A DNA stretch of 62,262 nt, counting the filler, from Sphacelaria rigidula (lineage: Eukaryota), in the NCBI GenBank assembly GCA_964200075.2. It is 4 parts of 4 records of this genome, joined end to end, with 100 filler letters (N's around TTAATTAATTAA, not from the genome) between each part and the next. Parts side by side here need not be neighbours in the genome. Positions count along the whole stretch, not along the records: positions 46,782 to 62,262 come from CAXNAA020001727.1; 3 more parts are not named here. One strand, 5' to 3'. The notes below the pieces were generated by a model, which ran no database searches, was not told the DNA's origin, and saw only the letters and a program-made list of their open reading frames with translations. Shown here piece after piece: positions 48,847-62,200 of this stretch; within the stretch, counting starts at the first letter, position 1; the number at the start of each line of letters is the position of its first letter. The translations under genes and the position numbers were made by a program.

Positions 48847-51800
48847 ATGTCTGCGGGGGTAGGCGATGGCGGCAATTTGGATCCTATGAATGATGACCAA
48901 GACGATGACGATAGTGATGGGGAATGGGATGCAGAGCAGGGCATGGATGATGACGATGGCGATTCTGATGACACAGGAGATGAGGAAGATGGGGATAACG
49001 AAGGCTTCGTTGACGAAGAGGTGATAAAAGTCTTGGAAAATGACGCGAAACTGTTCTTTTTTACAAGTGTTGAGTCTACGGCGAACAAGAGGGTGCATAC
49101 GCGCTACCCTTGATGCCTATTTTCCGTCCTCGAGTGCCTGTTTCGTCCTTATTGACGTTACAACCTCGTGTTGTACACATCTTTACCTATGGCCGTGTGG
49201 AGTCGAGTCTGTGATCATGATGCACCCCAGCTTAACAGCGTCCAAGGACAGATCTGGAGCGACCAGTGAAACCGGGTGATGGTGTTGTAGCAGTTCGTGT
49301 TATCCTTCCTGTTCGCCTTTTTCCCCCCCACTCTTTGCGTGGGATGTTACATACCGTTCAATTAGGTTCCCGCCAGGTGTAGAGGAAATCTTGAAGAAAC
49401 CGAACACGATGGACATGTGGAAGGAAAGAGCTTCGTCAGGACGCTACGGCAATTGGGTGTTCCTGTGTGTTCATAGTTGCTGGTCGCAGAGTTGTGGTGG
49501 TCGTTGTGCTTGTGGTTTGCTTGCGCGGTTCAGATCAGATTCGGATCTGATCTGTTCGATCTAGATCATTTTTGGGGTGATTTGCGCCCCGTCGCGCGTT
49601 TCTATGGGTTTTAAACCGGTATACTTGGATCAAGTGATTTCCGTCCACATACTTAGATCAAAATGTGATGATCTGAAGCGGTACAGATCATGTGCTGCTG
49701 CTGTTGTTGCTGTTGTTGCGGTATTATGTTCGCGATTGGTGTCGATGATGATGAGGAGATTGACAGTGTTGTTGAGTATGTCCATGTTGTGGATAATGAT
49801 AGCGGCTGGATACTTCGGGGATGAGATCAGTTCATGTGCGACAATCAACCAATGTTGTTGCTGATGGTGGCGGGGCTGCTGTTTGTTCAGGTGGAAGAAG
49901 AGGGAACAAGCGATGGCGGCTCATCCAGTGACAGCCAATACGACGACGACGACGACGACGACGACGGCGATGACGATGACGATGATGATGACGATGATGA
50001 AGGGCCCTGGGTGCACCCGGACCACGACGGAGGGATTCTTCCCGGTATTGTGCGAAGGCGACTCGTCCCCACGGTGAGATACTACCCATCATATACCTGA
50101 GAAAATAATGTACGGGAGGGTGTGCCGTATGTGCCCAAGATAATATATTCTCAGGCCGTCCACTTGTTGTGGTCCGTGTTGTGGAAAGCACGTTCTGGAC
50201 GTTGCTGAGGTTCCGTATTTTTGGTCCCCTAAACAACACCCACGAGGATGATTTTCCAAGGCCAGCAGTTAAGAGCTTGTTTGCTGTGTGGTCCTTAGCC
50301 TATGTGTGCTGCACACTACATCCACTATTGAATGTGGACTCGACAACTAGAGCGTCGACGCAGCATGCGGTATCCGCGGTAGCTAGCCAGACTTTTGTGC
50401 GAGCATGGTGTTGTCCTTCGGCGTCGTCAATGTTAATGTTTACCTGGGAGCTCGGGATGCAGGGCTGTTTCTTTTTCGCCTGATCGGGTACGCGACCTCT
50501 AATGAATTGCACCCGCGTCGCAGTCCCATACATGAAGCTGTTTTTGTGTTGTTTTATTGTGACCAAATACTGTAGTTCAAGTGTTTCGGTCATATTGCAG
50601 TATTCCTTTTCCCATGGGAAATTGACACTTGTAGGCCTAGACGCTTACATGACATTATGGAAAAAATCGTCTGCCCGCCACACGGTACAATATTCCATCC
50701 TTCTCTGTGTCGACCAGCGACATGTCGGCAACGTTGACTTGTTTTCTTTATTTTTTGTTGTACAAATGTGTTTGATATCTTGGACTGCGACCGAAACGCG
50801 GCTCAACGTATTCTTGAGCCGTCAGCTGTACTCAGCCCGATCCCACCCTGTCCATCAGCTATACACAATGTCCAACCCAGCTGCCCAGACAACACACCCT
50901 TTGTCCTCGTACGCAGCAAGCGCTCTAACCCTCAGAGTTCACGAAGCCTTAGATCACCCTTAGATTAGCCGCCAAGAACGTGCGCGTAAAACGGAGGTTC
51001 CGGACATATTGAAAACGCCGTATTCCGCGGGTGGGGCGGAAGGGGGTGTTGTCAGGGGTAAGTGGGTGAGACGGAAAAAGACTAAATCCAAGATATTCCC
51101 ATATCGGCCACTACTTGTGATTAGACTGAGGTGATGTGGCAAGTGCGAGGAGTATGGTGTAATCGTACAACTCCATAGTTTTTGGCACTGGGCCCTCAGA
51201 AAGGGGCAAGGATCATAAGAGGAAAGACTTTTCGACCAATCATAGTCTTGAAGTACACCAAAATGCGACAACCTTTCTTCAATCAGATGAGAACAACGAG
51301 TGGGATATGAGTCGAAAAGTAGCTTTGATTGGCCCACGCATTGCGCCGCTGCGACACAGACAGCTGCTACCGTCAATAAACGAGGATACAGCAGCTTCGT
51401 GCCGGATCAGTTTGTTTGTCCCAACCTGCATGCACCCGCCTTGCGTGTCTTCCCCGATCACAGCACCCGACTTTAATTGAAGTACCAGGGAAGACGCAAC
51501 AGATAGCTGCACAGCCGTCACGTGACGGTTGTTTCAACCTTTCTTCGTTTGGACAGCACTTTGATCCCCCCCCCAATTCTATGCAGACCGAAACACAACA
51601 TGCAGCAGTACAACTGCTCAGGCACTCTCCAGTGCACATCGCACCGTGATCGTCGTAGAGTGTCTAGATGCCCATCAGCACAGCGACAACTACAGCATAG
51701 AAATGATGGGTTTGGGGAGCGCTTTATTCGTTTGACTCGAGACGAAACAGCCAACACGCCATGAACGTTTCAGCAGTACAGTGTGTAGAGAGCACTGCGT

Positions 51801-54800
51801 GCCGACAACATCATTTTTCACAGAGATGAACAGAATGACAAAATAAAGCAACTCGAGCATTTCCAGCGGAGATCAAACCGGTTCCACAAAGGTCTGAAGA
51901 CGCCACAGCGCAGCGACAGCTACATCACACAAGACAGAGCATGAGTGTGTTTATGCTGCAGCACGGTGGTACAGGACGTGTCCCATTCGATTCCTTTCCC
52001 TGATCTCGGGTGGGTCCTCGATTTTTGCCCAGCGGCGGTTCTCATACGCTCGGCCATAATCGCGCTTTGCGCGAAGATATTTTAATTCACTTCGGGTAGC
52101 CTCTATCTGTGGGAGGTCAGCCTAGCATTTGCCATGTACGCCCAACATGAAATTTGGTCATCTATGCAGCCACGGGCTCATGTTTTTTTCCTCCTTGGAG
52201 CAAGGAGGAACCTCACCCAACACATACCCCGGAAGCGGGTTCATGTGCCGATTACCCGGAGGTTCGGCTAGACTGCTTCGCGGCAGTCATGTGGGATAGG
52301 CGCCTCGACCGTTCGCAAGCTTTGCTCAAGGCAGTGTGGGGGTCCGATCCACTGAAGCCCCGTATCAACTTGGCTTAGTCTACGCGCCGCCCTACTCTTG
52401 AGAGCTTCGGTCCTAGAGCCACGGGCTCATGTGCGAGTGCTTGATGATGGTCTCCAGAGCAACTTCGAGTGGATGATGGCGAGGGCGGAGTACACCGCGT
52501 GGTTTCTTGTCCTGTATTTTCCAATGGCGACCGTCAGTGGTTCACCGTCCACGCTCCGTCGCATAACACATTGCCGTAGTAAACACAGGAAAGCAATGGC
52601 CTCTGGTCAGCGGTTGTGGGGTCCACATCATTCATCATCTCCTTTGCACCGTCGCATGCACCACAGTGTCAGCATCTTTTTCCCGCAGACCGCTGAACTG
52701 CTTCACGCAAACTGTCATTCACATTCTATTTTGCAAGCGGTACTGTACTGCCTGTACTGCACGTTGTTCAAATCTGTTTTTCATCCTTGTGCATGCAGAT
52801 AGTGTGGAGAGTACTGTACTGTCTGCAGCTGCAAGTTGTTATTAACAGAGCCATTCTGCATGCTGGTGCGTGTAGGCGGTACAGAGAGCGTGTACTGTCT
52901 GTACTGAACATTTTCCAAATATTTTTTTGTATCCGCTTGTATGGAGACAGTACAGTGCTTGGTTGCACATGTATCTGCGGGAGTGTCGGCCAAAATATTG
53001 CACACCCTGGAAAATGACATTATATGGTCAAAATTTGCAATAGACATAAAATATAATGCGTAATGTATAGGCCTATTGCAACCATTGTCGGGCGACAATA
53101 TTTGCAATAGGCCTATACTCTACGCGGTATATGTTTGCCTATTGCAACGTTTGACCATGTAGTGTCATTGTCCAGGGTGTGCAATATTGCACCGACACAA
53201 GGCGGCCGGTGCCCAAAGGGTTCATGTATTAACTGATACTACAGTAGGCCCTAATTTGTGCTATCGAACACCACTTCAAAGATAACTGACATTTTTTTTC
53301 AACCACAGCAGCAGGCTCAAAGGTGCTGTCTGTGACAGGGGCCGTTGTTACTCAGTGGTAATTCTTTGTGCTTTTGCCCCAGTAGGCAGTATTTAAACAG
53401 TCAATACAGTCGATACAGCTGGTGCAATCCAATCTGCTCTATTAACAGCCCACGGAAACTGTCGTAGCTCCCGAAATACTGAACAGATTGCCTCCAGACT
53501 AGGCGTGGCGTTGGCAGCTGGGCAAGGGCGAGTCTTCGAGGTTTTGCACGAGGGCTGGGGATTTATGTCCATATCTTGTGCTTGCTGAGCATATGGTTTT
53601 CACAATTCACCACATGACGTATGTGTTTGTTGATTCCTGCTTTCCCATGTACGCGACAAACGGCATCCATCACTCCCAAAAGCTTGGCTTCGGAGCTCGT
53701 GGCGTCGTGGTAATGAGGCATACGTCGCAACTATCCACAGGTTGCTGATGACGCTATCATCCGGTCAAAGCTGGTGGTCAACGAGGCCCCTTAGTTGCGG
53801 AGCAATCACCTTTTTTCCCGCGGAGAGTTAGCCCTCGTACTTTGAAGTATTTTTCACGTGTGCTATGTTCGACCAAAAATGAATCCGACCCACCAAGTTG
53901 CCTCTCTATCATCTGGGAAGGGTTTCATAGTGCCGACCTCGATCTTTAAGTGCAGTCATCTCGATCTAAGAATACGGTGGGCGTGTCGCGTTCCTCGAAT
54001 TCCGAGTTGCACAACGGTGCCGTCGATTTGATACTTTCGAAGCACTACTTATATCTCATGACTGAATTAGCTAAACACCATCGACAGTGTGCCAAAATAA
54101 TATCATCGATCATCAGGTTTCAGCATACAGTTGCATGCGCCGACTCTTACCATGACAAAAGTGTCACGCACTCCGCTGTTTTTGGTTGCGTTGTCCTGGT
54201 CGTTTCATAAAGTGAACTGCAACGCAGGTGGTTCACTCATCGGCTCATGTTTCAATCTTCCGCAGACCGGCAGTCATCTGTAACATCTGTACATGTATGT
54301 GTGTGCATGCAACACACATTAGTTGATGGGGCAAAGCGACGCACAGAAGTTGTACAGTGCTTGTTTTTTTCGCTTTTCTGAATTTTTTCCCGTCATTCGG
54401 TGGGTCGGGTATTGTGCTGTGTGCTAGATATAAGCCACAGTGTTGCCTGTAAACAGCCTGAAACAAACCACACGTATTTTGCTCGGGATCTCCTTTTGTA
54501 GGTCGATTTCGTTATGGCGAAAAAAAAGCCGGAATCGTGATGCGAACTTACGTCATATTTTTTCCTTGTTGACGTGGGGTTTTCATCAACACTTTATCGC
54601 TCAACCCTAACACTGGTTGGTAGTGTGCGCCCTCTGTTGAATAGGCATCTTCACCTGTTAAATGAATAAATGCAATACCCAGGTGAACGAACCACTCTGG
54701 CAATCGACGGAGCTCAACCCGAACCTGTGCTCTTTTTTCGCTGGAATATGACTTAACTCTAAGCTGTAACTGCTCGAAATTGGTGTGGTGTCGCTGCAGG

Positions 54801-56100
54801 TGACAGGGCACACCGCATCCACTGTGCTCGGCGCCCAAATGCTAGTGCTGGGGGGGGGAAACAAGAGGCAATTCCACAGCTGTCGCCACGTGCTGATGTA
54901 CGACCCGATTGAGAGGACGTGGAGCAAGCTCTCTACTAGGGGAACCGCGCCCCAGACCCTCATCTACCACAGGTACAGTTGACCCTTCCTCAATTATTGT
55001 CGCGCGTCAACGTGTCCGCCAGAAATGAATCTAGCCCTGGTCATGAGATACAAGTGAAAATGCACGCTATTTATGTGTCGTGGCGATGCTGGAGAAGAGC
55101 GGGAAACGCGGTGGGTGGGTGCCGACGCTTTTTAAGCGCCATATGTCTGCTCCTCTTGGCAAGTCGCGCTATAATTGCCGCTACCGTCGCTAGCAGGGAA
55201 GTTACTGTGATGATTATTCGCTGGAAACACGTTGGTCAGTCTCCTCTGTCATGATGACGCAGATGTAAGTCGCTTGATGGTGTGTAACCACATGTTTGCG
55301 TGATCAGCTTCGGTAGAACCGTCAGTACCCGTGGTGTTGATGGAGCAAGGCCGTATTTGGAAAGCGTTTGCACCCCCGGAGTGCGTGCGATTGATTTTTT
55401 TCCCCACGCGTTTAATGACTCGGAGTCGGGGTCGTGGGAGTCGTCGTCATTGAATTGGTCGTCATTGTTCGAATTTATTTCGTCGTAGGAGTCGACTCTG
55501 AGTCGTCCATCATTTTCCGAATTCAATCGTAGGAGTTGATCACCAGTCGTTCCTCATTTTCCGAAGTCAATCGTTGGAGTCGACTCTTGTCAAACAAGCG
55601 CAGTCACGAACTTTTGTCCCTGTGGAGGTGAATATCATTTCCGCGCGAGAATAAAGTAAGTCTCGGGGGCACCCGAGCTCAGCAGTGGCAGTGGTACACC
55701 AGAGGCTGTGAATCATGCTTTCATGGAGAACAGTGTTTCTCGCCACCCCGCCGCTCAGATGGTTACCCTTCTTCGTTACCACACTCCCGACTGTAGAGAA
55801 CCCGCTTTCGGATGCAGCAGATGACGCTTGGACCGCGAGGTAGTTTTAACCTCCTCGCGGCAAAAGCGTCATCTGCATCCAAACGAGGTGCTCCACAGCC
55901 GGGCTTGGTAGTGACGAACAGGCATGACGGTCCGAAAGGGTGGATGTGGGGAGGCCGTAGCTATCGGTTCATGAACGCGTGAAACGCAGATTCTGGTGAA
56001 AATGGTGTCGGTTTTCCACGGCAGATAATCTACGTTTATTTTGTCGCCCCATAGCACGCAATTCATACACAACTTCTACATTTTTTTCAAGAATACTATA

Positions 56101-56176
<76 letters not shown>

Positions 56177-58897
56177 CCACTATTTTCCAAGTGTTGAGAG
56201 TCGTCAGTCCCCCCTGCGTTTGTGCTTGGGCTCGGAAGTCATCGGGCATCGATAAAACGTTAAACCAATCCGCACCTTTTTTCACCTCGACCCTCGACGA
56301 AGAAACATAATCCTCAAAGGACGAGCACGGTGGCTACACTATAGCCTCCGTGCCATAAAAAACAGCACCGGTGGCTCGTTGCGCGCTGTTACACCGCCCC
56401 ATCTTGAAATATGTCGTTACAGGACAAAACACCCATTTTGCTTTCCCAAAATAATGAACTAGATCCCTTGATAGATCCCGTTCAAAGCATGATTGGAGCA
56501 TAATCAGTCCTTCCTTGGTTATTAGTTGATCCACAACCCTAGTTCCAAGTGCCCCTTGGTTTGTGCCCCACGGGGCACCGATTTGAGCTCTGTCAATGCG
56601 CATAGTTGCCTAAGGCACGCCATGCACCCTCCTTGTCCGGGGGTTCTCTCTTTGCCTTGCGTTGTGTTCGCGGTTAGGCTTAGGTTCAGGGTTGGGGCTT
56701 GATGTATAGGAAGCAATATTTGTAGATCGTGGATTCCTGACAACAAAAATGCGTGATTTATCCTCGCTTCGGAGGTGCTGTTGCGTGTGGTGTCGTGGGT
56801 TGCGTGTGCAGTTAGGCCGCCCCGTCTTATCGAGATAAAATAATGAGAAGGACAGTGACGAACATCTCACGTGTGGCAACCATTTTACATTCCGTTTCGC
56901 ATTCGGATGGGATTGCTTCTCCCGTTGATCGTTTGTCGCATTTTGACTGATGTTATCCCAAAAGTCCAATGAAAAATAAAAACTTGTTCCGATGAAGAAG
57001 GATGAGGATGAGGATGAGGATGCGAAGGGGAACGTAAAAAGGATTGCCACACGTGAGATGTTCGTTTATCATTTGTCATTCTCGTAATCTCATCGTCATC
57101 ATTTTTGTCCCGATAAAACGGGTCCTTTATTAGCCATCGCGAGAAGAGCAAATACGTTGTTTCTTGTGTCATTGTTTTCATTTTCTGTGCCCGTTTTTTT
57201 TTTTTCGTGTGTTTGACCACCAACCAGTGCGAGTCCTTTGGAGCCACCGTGGGCGTACCCGAGAAACTTGCTGGTGTTTGGCGGCAACATGAGGAGCGCC
57301 AGTGTAAGCCCAACATTTGTGTTCCATAGCTGGTGTTCTATTTTTCAGTCTCACCATGTTGTCGTGATTTATATTCCTGTCATGAGGACTACCGTTGGTG
57401 GTTGTTGTACTAATATTACCTTTAGTCTTATTCGGCCGTATCGTTCGTTGTGTTTGCACCCCCTGGATGATGACAATAGACAGAATTGGTGAAAAAATGT
57501 GCTACGCAGAGTCCCGAATCTATTGTCTACGTATTGCTCTATTGTAATATACAGTAGATTCGATAATGTACGCAATGCACGCGTTGCTAGCGCAATCTAT
57601 TTTTTTTTCCCTTCCACTTTGAACCCCTTCCCTTCCTAGGGATGAGTCCGTGGTCTCCAGGGATCAACTCATGTCTTCCTCGGTACGCGCCTTACATTTT
57701 GGTCTCGCGGATTGGGTCAGTACTCCCGCACCGCGTCAACTCACGCCACACAAATCCAGTCGACTACTTTGTTTACTCACGTTCTCACGCTTTCCACGGT
57801 AAACATCATACATGACGAAGAAAAACCCAACCCATCGGGAATCGAACCTTCGTTCTCTCCACCCTAATCGCGACAGTCGGACCATTCATTACACCACCGG
57901 GTCGCAGCGGCAACGTACTACTCAGGGCGTATTTTCGAATTCAGTCGTACTGTCATAATCAGTCATCATTATGTGGCAATGGTCATCATCAACGAGGAGC
58001 GTGTGCTGTGGTGTAAATTGAAACAGCGGTGCGCAACAATTGTGTTGCAGCAGTCAGTCCGGTCCAGTTCAATTTGTCGTGCGATGGGCTATTACGTCTG
58101 GCGTGCGCAGGGTCAGTTCACTACAACCCGTCGGGCACCGGAGTCCACAATGACCCACAACATTTATTATTACTTTTTGCATCCAATTTCAAACTTTTAC
58201 ATTGTTGTCGGAAACTTGCTGACGAAGCTTCCCTTGGAATTCAGGGCGTACGTGCGTGATGTTCCAATGTTGCTGCATTACAGTGTTGCTGTACCGTATC
58301 TCTACCTCTGGCAGCTGCGTACCCTTTTGTTGCTGGGTTGCCGTGTTTGTATATTTTGTAGCGCAGTGCTGGTTGTCTTGATCCTGTCCATGGCCTGCTG
58401 TTGTTTACTGCTGTTTACACAATGTTTTGTTGTAAATACGTCTCTATCCTTGCCTCCTGTGTTGCTGGTGTTGCATCTGTACTCGAAAGTATAAAGGTGT
58501 TGGTTGGTCATGCGCATTCGTGCATGTTGTTGGCTCCTCCATAGCATAAGACATGAAACCAGCCGGTTTACACTTGGAAAAGTATTTACATAGGTTCCAT
58601 GTCATGTCATGTCATGTCCTGTCGTACCATGTTGTATGGAGCCCGCACGACAAAAGAGTAAAAATGGCTCTCGCCAAACGCTGTACGCGGGTTTGATTTC
58701 ACAAGTGAACCGCCTCTGCTGCGCTGCCGTGCCGCCGTACTTGCTGCAGTCGGAGCCTTCGCCGCCTGCTCAGGTGCTGGTATTGGATTCGCTCACGATG
58801 CGCTGGTCCAGACCCGTGGTGGAGGGGGGTCTCATTGGCCTCCGCACGCGTCACTCCGCTGTGTCTGTGCACGCTGACTACGCCGAATACACGCAGG
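48847..58897 (+). CDS. Kelch-repeat beta-propeller protein with an Asp/Glu-rich region upstream of the repeats, partial
   Basis: In-phase exons: about 48847/48863-49020 (acidic), 49891-50073 (poly-Asp), 54800-54972 (VTGHTASTVLGAQMLVLGGGNKRQFHSCRHVLMYDPIERTWSKL), 57228-57303 (NLLVFGG), 58750-58897 (VLVLDSLTMRWSRPVVEG...RTRHSAV). GH/HS-x-A, GG and D...W kelch hallmarks are present. The last exon ends at a donor, so the gene continues; start uncertain. Confidence 0.85.
52983..53198. mobile_element. About 215-bp hairpin/foldback MITE in a kelch gene intron
   Basis: Imperfect palindrome GTGTCGG..AATATTGCACACCCTGGA...TCCAGGGTGTGCAATATT..CCGACAC centred near 53090; shorter relative at 18762-18866. 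Confidence 0.8.
56103..56174. repeat. (AC)n microsatellite, about 36 units
   Basis: Directly visible. Confidence 0.97.
57600..57904 (-). mobile_element. Full-length tRNA-derived SINE (family 1)
   Basis: On the minus strand: CGACCCGGTGGTGTAATGAATGG (A-box-like) ... GGTTCGATTCCCG (B-box), about 200-nt body and A9 tail. Confidence 0.78.
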
Positions 58898-59405
58898 GTA
58901 AGAAATAGATACAACACCCGCCTGGTGTATTCAAATGTTGATCATGAAGAATTTTTTGGGGGTTGAGGATAGAAGGCCGGATGAGTAGAGGAACTCGTGT
59001 AAAGAGTCGAGCTGGGGTACCCAAAGGAACTTTTTTTTTCGGTCAGAGTGTGCGACTAACTGGGCAGGGTGGGGGAGTATACCTTGCCTTGGTGTGTTGT
59101 CTACCCGTGCAACGACCGAGCCAGCATTCATGACGGACTTGCTTGAGGGCAGATTGCTGAGAAGGCGGGGGAATGGAGCGCGGCCATCTCGGTGGCCAAC
59201 CTCTCTATACGAAACTAGAAATAGCGAAGTACACGTCAAGGCTTCTTCTTGCGTGTGTCTTTGGGACATGAATATATGTATGTACATACATATATCTGCA
59301 TTTGGGGGTGTAATTGGTTCAGAAAAAACGTTTCGGTTTGGAATTACTTCAAGTTTTCATTGCGTCTGTCTGTGCGTGTGTGCTGTGTGCGTACGTGTGT
59401 ACTCC

Positions 59406-59406
59406 G

Positions 59407-59437
<31 letters not shown>
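59406..59437. repeat. (GTT)n microsatellite
   Basis: Directly visible. Confidence 0.9.
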
Positions 59438-59438
<1 letters not shown>

Positions 59439-60059
59439 ACATCACGCCCGTGGCGCTTATTGATCGATGAGTTTATTCACCTAGTATGTTTCCGTTGGTC
59501 TTTCATCGATACTTTACTTTTGTTCTTACGATTTCTGCTTCCAAGAGAATCACGATTCATCACGGCTGTCTATCCTCGGTTTGAATTGGCACAAAATTAA
59601 CACAACAGATCACTGCGGTCAGTCGTGTGCGGCACGAACACCTTGGGGCAAACCATCCTTGTTCAAGCACTACGAAGAATACTAATCCCGACAGGAGTAC
59701 TTTCGTGATTTTTTAAAATTATTATTTTATGTCGATCGTTCATCACGGGAAATTTTTCGGGAAAAAAAGTACCGTGGTTGACGTCGGCGTTTGGTTACCG
59801 CGCAAAATCATCGTGGGTATATCTCACCTCTAACTTCGGAGGTTTGGGAAATCTGAGTCCGCCAACTTGTTTGCTTCAGGTTGGGGTCTCGTTGCCGTGT
59901 TTTATATATGTTCATAATGCGCTACGGTACTGCACGTGTCGGTGATTTTTCGATTTTGCTCCTGGTGCGGCAAAAAACGAGGACATCACTGCCATTCATC
60001 GCGTTGACAATACGGGAGTGTTTGTGTTGATGTGTGTGATTTTTTAATAAGGCACGCTT

Positions 60060-60290
60060 TGAACTCCTCCCATTCCTCGGGACGAGTCCATGGTCGTAAG
60101 GGATGAACCCATCTCTCTCCGGCACACGACTTGCATTTTGGGCTCGCGGCTTGGGTCATGACTATCAGCATTCCCGCACCACGTCGCCTCACATCATACA
60201 AACTAAGTGAAACAAAGCCTCTTTTGCTACTCACGTACGTCCTCACGGTTTCAATGACAGAAATTAGGCACCCGGAGAAGAAAAACAAAC
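60060..60290 (-). mobile_element. tRNA-SINE family 1 body, headless
   Basis: Aligns with 57620-57825. Confidence 0.68.
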
Positions 60291-61879
60291 TAAACTCGTC
60301 TGGCAGATTGATATCTCCATTTGGTCTGTTCTGTTTTTTTTCTTCTTCCCGACATGTGTGTGCACTTTTTTTCGTGGAAACTAGGGTGAGGTGAAGAGGG
60401 GGCTGTCTCGCTTGCGCTTCTTTTGCTCGGAATTAGCGGGCTTTACATCAGAAACGCCTCCTTGTGCGTGCATGTGCACGCGGCGTCTGCGATTTTTTTT
60501 TTTTCGGTCCTGACCTAGTTGTTGTACTCAAGCTCGTTTCTGGTCTCAGAACAAGGTTTTGCTGTATAATGTGGTTGAGGCCTCGAGTTCAAAACATCAT
60601 AGTTACGTTTCGATGAGGAGCAATTTGATGTAATTATGTTGACTGTGCGGAGTCCGGACGACAGCGTGGAGAACATTATCGAGTACGAATATCCGTAAAT
60701 AGAATGCGGTGACACGGCGGAGAGCTGCTGCGATACGTTGGGTATACAGTCGTTAGCTTCGCCAGGTGCAGCACCCTTTTTTTTTTTTTGCTTCGAAACA
60801 GCGCGCAAATTTCCGTGTGATGAACCCTGAGTTTGGTCGTCAAAGCGGAAGCCTATTTAAAGTCCAAAGCACTCTTCATGTGTGTACATGTGTTTTGTCA
60901 GTCTGTTGTGGTCCTGTGTCCGTTTCGCGGGAGAAGTGGAAACCCGTCCCGCTGACCGGCGGGTTTGGCGAGGACGATTTTTCTTGTTTTCAGCCTCTCT
61001 CGTGGTGTGTGAAGTATCCGATCGGCGGCCGTTTTTTTTTTTTTTTTTTTTTTTTTTTTTGTGTTTTTTTGTGTTAGTTTTTTTTGTTTGTTTTCGAACG
61101 TCGGACGGCTCATGAGCTGCTGAAACATTTCTTGTTTTTCATGTACTAATCGGTATCATAATCCAGCTCATTCGGCCACTTTTCCCGTATTTGCTCCCTA
61201 CAGTGCTGGACGCCGAGCGTGCTAGAGTAGCGGAAACATAGCGCTTGATTCCTCGGACCCTGCTCGTCACGTATTTTGTGGTTTTGGACAAGAGATCTGA
61301 AAGTCCTCTTGAATTATAAATTCGGTAGCTCATGAGCTGTCCGACGCCTGTTTGTTTTCGTTCCGTTTTTTGACAGCGAGAGAGAGCACGCCCGATGACA
61401 AGCTGGTGGATCGGTTTGCCGACCTCAATTGCACCGAGCTACACGCAACGGCACCGGGGGTGAGTGGGGGAAATCATGACAACTCGCGATCTTCGTTTTT
61501 ATTTTTATAAATGCAAGGTTTGATGGCACAGACGGATAGATTGGCAGATTCACAGATTGCCTCGCATCAACTGATCTATCAGCAACAGGCTCAACAGTGG
61601 TGACGAGATGTATGACTCTATCCGAGGTGAACAAACGGAGACATCGTTTGAGACAAACCGGATCGGAAAAAGACTCGAAGTGGAAACGGAGAAGTGTGGT
61701 CGAGGAAACCGGCAAAGCGAAGGAGCAAACTGACATGGAGGTTGTCAGCCGTTTGTTGTGTATTGTTTGGTTTTTCTCACCCGTTTGTTTGGATTCTGGT
61801 TGATTGCATGATGACCTTCAATCAGTTTCGGTCATTTCTACTGTACTGTCTTGTCGCCCATCAGGCTTTCGTTGACAGT

Positions 61880-62151
61880 TCTGGTGATGATACCAGAACA
61901 TAAAGCAACTCATTGTAGGCTGTCATCCAAATGCAAGATAATCACTACGCTTCGCGCCAAGCAATCGTAGCAGGATGCAGCTCATCCTTCATGCGACTCA
62001 CCGAACACATGGCGGCGCTTCGCGCTTGGTGACTGATCGCGAGCCTGGTCCGGTGAAAACTCGGCGTGCTCCTTCGCGGCTTTGTAGGGATGCGAGGTCG
62101 AAGGTCATGTGACTACAGCATCCAAGATCACGAGTCCCGCCCCCGCCCCCG

Positions 62152-62200
<49 letters not shown>
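61880..62200 (+). mobile_element. C-tailed structured interspersed element, longest copy with intact 3' end
   Basis: About 255-bp body matching the 4404-4600, 46782-46920 and 31190-31306 copies, followed by a C-tract of about 65 nt (62136-62200). Confidence 0.82.

Noticed and set aside
45790-48863. Divergent gene pair sharing a promoter
   Set aside because: The two genes are on different scaffolds separated by a spacer.
55236-55900. Acidic minus-strand ORF nested in a kelch intron
   Set aside because: No recognisable domain or splice chain; probably a transposon remnant that I cannot classify.
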